Source: Cladosporium halotolerans (taxonomy: Eukaryota). Taken from it: a DNA stretch of 64,000 nt. The notes beneath the pieces were generated by a model. The model ran no database searches. It was not told the origin of the DNA and was given only the letters and a program-made list of their open reading frames with translations. The DNA lies in contig NW_027191453.1 of NCBI RefSeq assembly GCF_011745625.1, positions 496,001 through 560,000 of the forward strand, read 5' to 3'. Shown here piece by piece: positions 63,001-64,000 of the stretch (positions are counted from its first letter, which is position 1; every line of letters begins with the position of its first letter). A program made the position numbers and the translations under genes.

Positions 63001-64000
63001 TAGTTGAGATAGACGTACGTCATCAGGAAACCGATCATGCTGCCGAGAATGGCCTTCATCTTAAAGCCCGATTTCTCAGCGGCAGTCAGATGCTTGTCGT
63101 ATTCCAGAGCGAGCTTGTCCTGGGTTCCGAAAGCGACGGCGTTGCGGATAGAGCTGATGACTTCCTCGGCGACAGTACCACCCTCTGCGTAGGCCGCCAG
63201 AGACTCCTTCTGCCATTTAACAATGAGCTTGCCAAGAGAGCCCATTGTGAAGACAATCGCGAAGATGGTAGAGGTGAGAATGAGGGTCAATTTCCAGTAC
63301 TTGACGAATCCGATAATGTAGGCAGTAACGAAAGTCGCGAGCGCGGTCAGAGTGAGTCCGACCTTCTCCGAGATGCCGTCCTGAACAAGGTTTGTGTCCG
63401 CAGTGATACGAGTGGTGATTTCACCAGCGCCGCGAGCATCGAAATATGCAATATTCTGGCGCAGGATGCCCGCCAGGTATTCTTCTCTGATCTTGGCCGC
63501 CATGTGCTCGCCAGAGTAGATGAATCCGACTGTAGAGATGTAGATGGTTACAAACTCTCCGATCGCCAGATAAATGAAGTAGATCGTCAAGTGGTTGACT
63601 GTATGGCTGAAGTTGGACAGATCTGCAGTACCGCTGCTGAAGTTGCCGATGCTTCCTGTGAGTTGGCCAAAGACGACCGTCATGAGCGGTAGCACAGCAC
63701 CAGCGACAATGGCGCAGAAAGCGCTGATTGCGATGATGATAAGATCATTGGTGGTAGCGTAGCGGTACAGGCGGAAATATGTCACCTTGACGGGCGGTGT
63801 CTCCAGCTGATGCCTCAATATAGCAGCCTCGATCTCTGGCAGATGTGCGAAAGGATCATTTTCTTCCTGCTCTTGCTCTTTGGTCGATTTGGGAGGCTTG
63901 GAGTCTAGCCGGACAAGAGGTGCGGGCTCTTCGCCGGTCGGGTTGGGAAACGGCGCTTGACCGAGGGCAGCCTTCTCTTGGTCGGCGGCTATGACATCGC
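60027..64000 (-). CDS. Full-size ABCB/MDR1-type multidrug transporter; 5' end lies beyond the window
   Basis: TMD-NBD-TMD-NBD layout, two Walker A motifs (GASGSGKST, GASGCGKST), two LSGGQKQRIAIARA and two LLLDEATSALD. The frame stays open to position 64000. Confidence 0.96.
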   Translation of the reverse strand, partial: DVIAADQEKAALGQAPFPNPTGEEPAPLVRLDSKPPKSTKEQEQEENDPFAHLPEIEAAILRHQLETPPVKVTYFRLYRYATTNDLIIIAISAFCAIVAGAVLPLMTVVFGQLTGSIGNFSSGTADLSNFSHTVNHLTIYFIYLAIGEFVTIYISTVGFIYSGEHMAAKIREEYLAGILRQNIAYFDARGAGEITTRITADTNLVQDGISEKVGLTLTALATFVTAYIIGFVKYWKLTLILTSTIFAIVFTMGSLGKLIVKWQKESLAAYAEGGTVAEEVISSIRNAVAFGTQDKLALEYDKHLTAAEKSGFKMKAILGSMIGFLMTYVYLNYSLSFWQGSRYLVWGEMNLNEVVTVLLAVMIGAFSLGNVAPNIGAFTTATAAGVKIFSTIDRVSPLDPKSETGKKLDTVEGNVELRNIRHIYPSRPEVVVMEDVNLEIPAGKTTALVGASGSGKSTIVGLVERFYDPVGGSVYLDGHNVQDLNLRWLRQHISLVSQEPTLFATTIAGNIRHGLIGTEHESASEKAIQDLVENAARMSNAHDFITQLPEGYETNVGERGFLLSGGQKQRIAIARAIVSDPKILLLDEATSALDTKSEGVVQAALDKAAQGRTTIVIAHRLSTIKNADNIVVMSQGRIVEQGTHDDLLEKKAAYFNLVEAQRIAQENERKNEDEILGLDETDPQVKTLELEKGEAEFETDPNDLELGRTKTGKSESSKILENRAEEKEKKYSLWTLVRLVASFNKPEMGWMIFGLFWAIICGGGNPTQSVFFAKSIMALSLPESRYAELRSDANFWSWMYFMLAMVQLVSFLAQGTAFAFCSERLVHRARDQAFRYMLRQDIEFFDREENSAGALTSFLSTETNHLAGMSGTTLGTILLVTTTLVACCVVALAVGWKLALVCIATVPILLGCGFFRFWMLARFQSTAKKAYEKSASYACEATSAIRTVASLTREDDVWEHYHAQLVSQQVKSLRSVVWSSTLYAASQSLTFLCMALGFWYGGTLISSGEYSGFQFFLVFTAVIFGSQSAGTIFSFAPDMGKAKHAAAELKILLDRKPKIDAWSTEGKVLETMEGSIEFRDVHFRYPTRPEQPVLRGLNLTVKPGQYVALVGASGCGKSTTIAMLERFYDPLVGGVYADGHEISSLNINNYRSHLALVSQEPTLYQGTIRDNILLGADTKPEDVPEEAIVQACRDANIYDFILSLPDAFNTVVGSKGSMLSGGQKQRIAIARALLRNPKVLLLDEATSALDSESEKVVQAALDLAAKGRTTIAVAHRLSTIQKADMIYVFDQGRVVESGTHSELLAQKGRYFELVNLQSLGKHQ

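Overview
Gene-dense eukaryotic DNA from a filamentous ascomycete. It has GT-AG introns with CTRAC branch points; a Pezizomycotina, probably Dothideomycete, origin is my inference. There are about 29 protein-coding loci. Housekeeping genes: FUR1, DCP1, an OCRL-like 5-phosphatase, RIT1, ELP3, LSC1, SEC72, TUP1, SUR1/CSG1 and RPL39. Metabolic and transport genes: a PhyH dioxygenase, a divergent MFS transporter/arylsulfatase pair, a hexose transporter, a methyltransferase, an intradiol dioxygenase, a copper amine oxidase, an alpha/beta hydrolase and an ABCB/MDR transporter cut at the window end. Also present are an AZF1-like C2H2 factor, SARAF, a MARVEL-type protein, a disrupted HET-domain gene and several small orphan genes. 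The main non-obvious observations are: (1) a candidate box C/D snoRNA in the LSC1 intron with a 13-nt guide to the LSU rRNA peptidyl-transferase region; (2) about a dozen roughly kilobase-scale domains in which the + strand flips from C/A-rich to G/T-rich around a CG-rich centre, across exons, introns and UTRs; (3) a duplicated CYS-3/MetR-like motif between the sugar porter and the signal-less sulfatase; (4) the HET gene running on through in-frame stops and a frameshift. No rRNA, tRNA, CRISPR array or transposon could be supported. All calls come from reading the sequence and remembered motifs; no searches were run.
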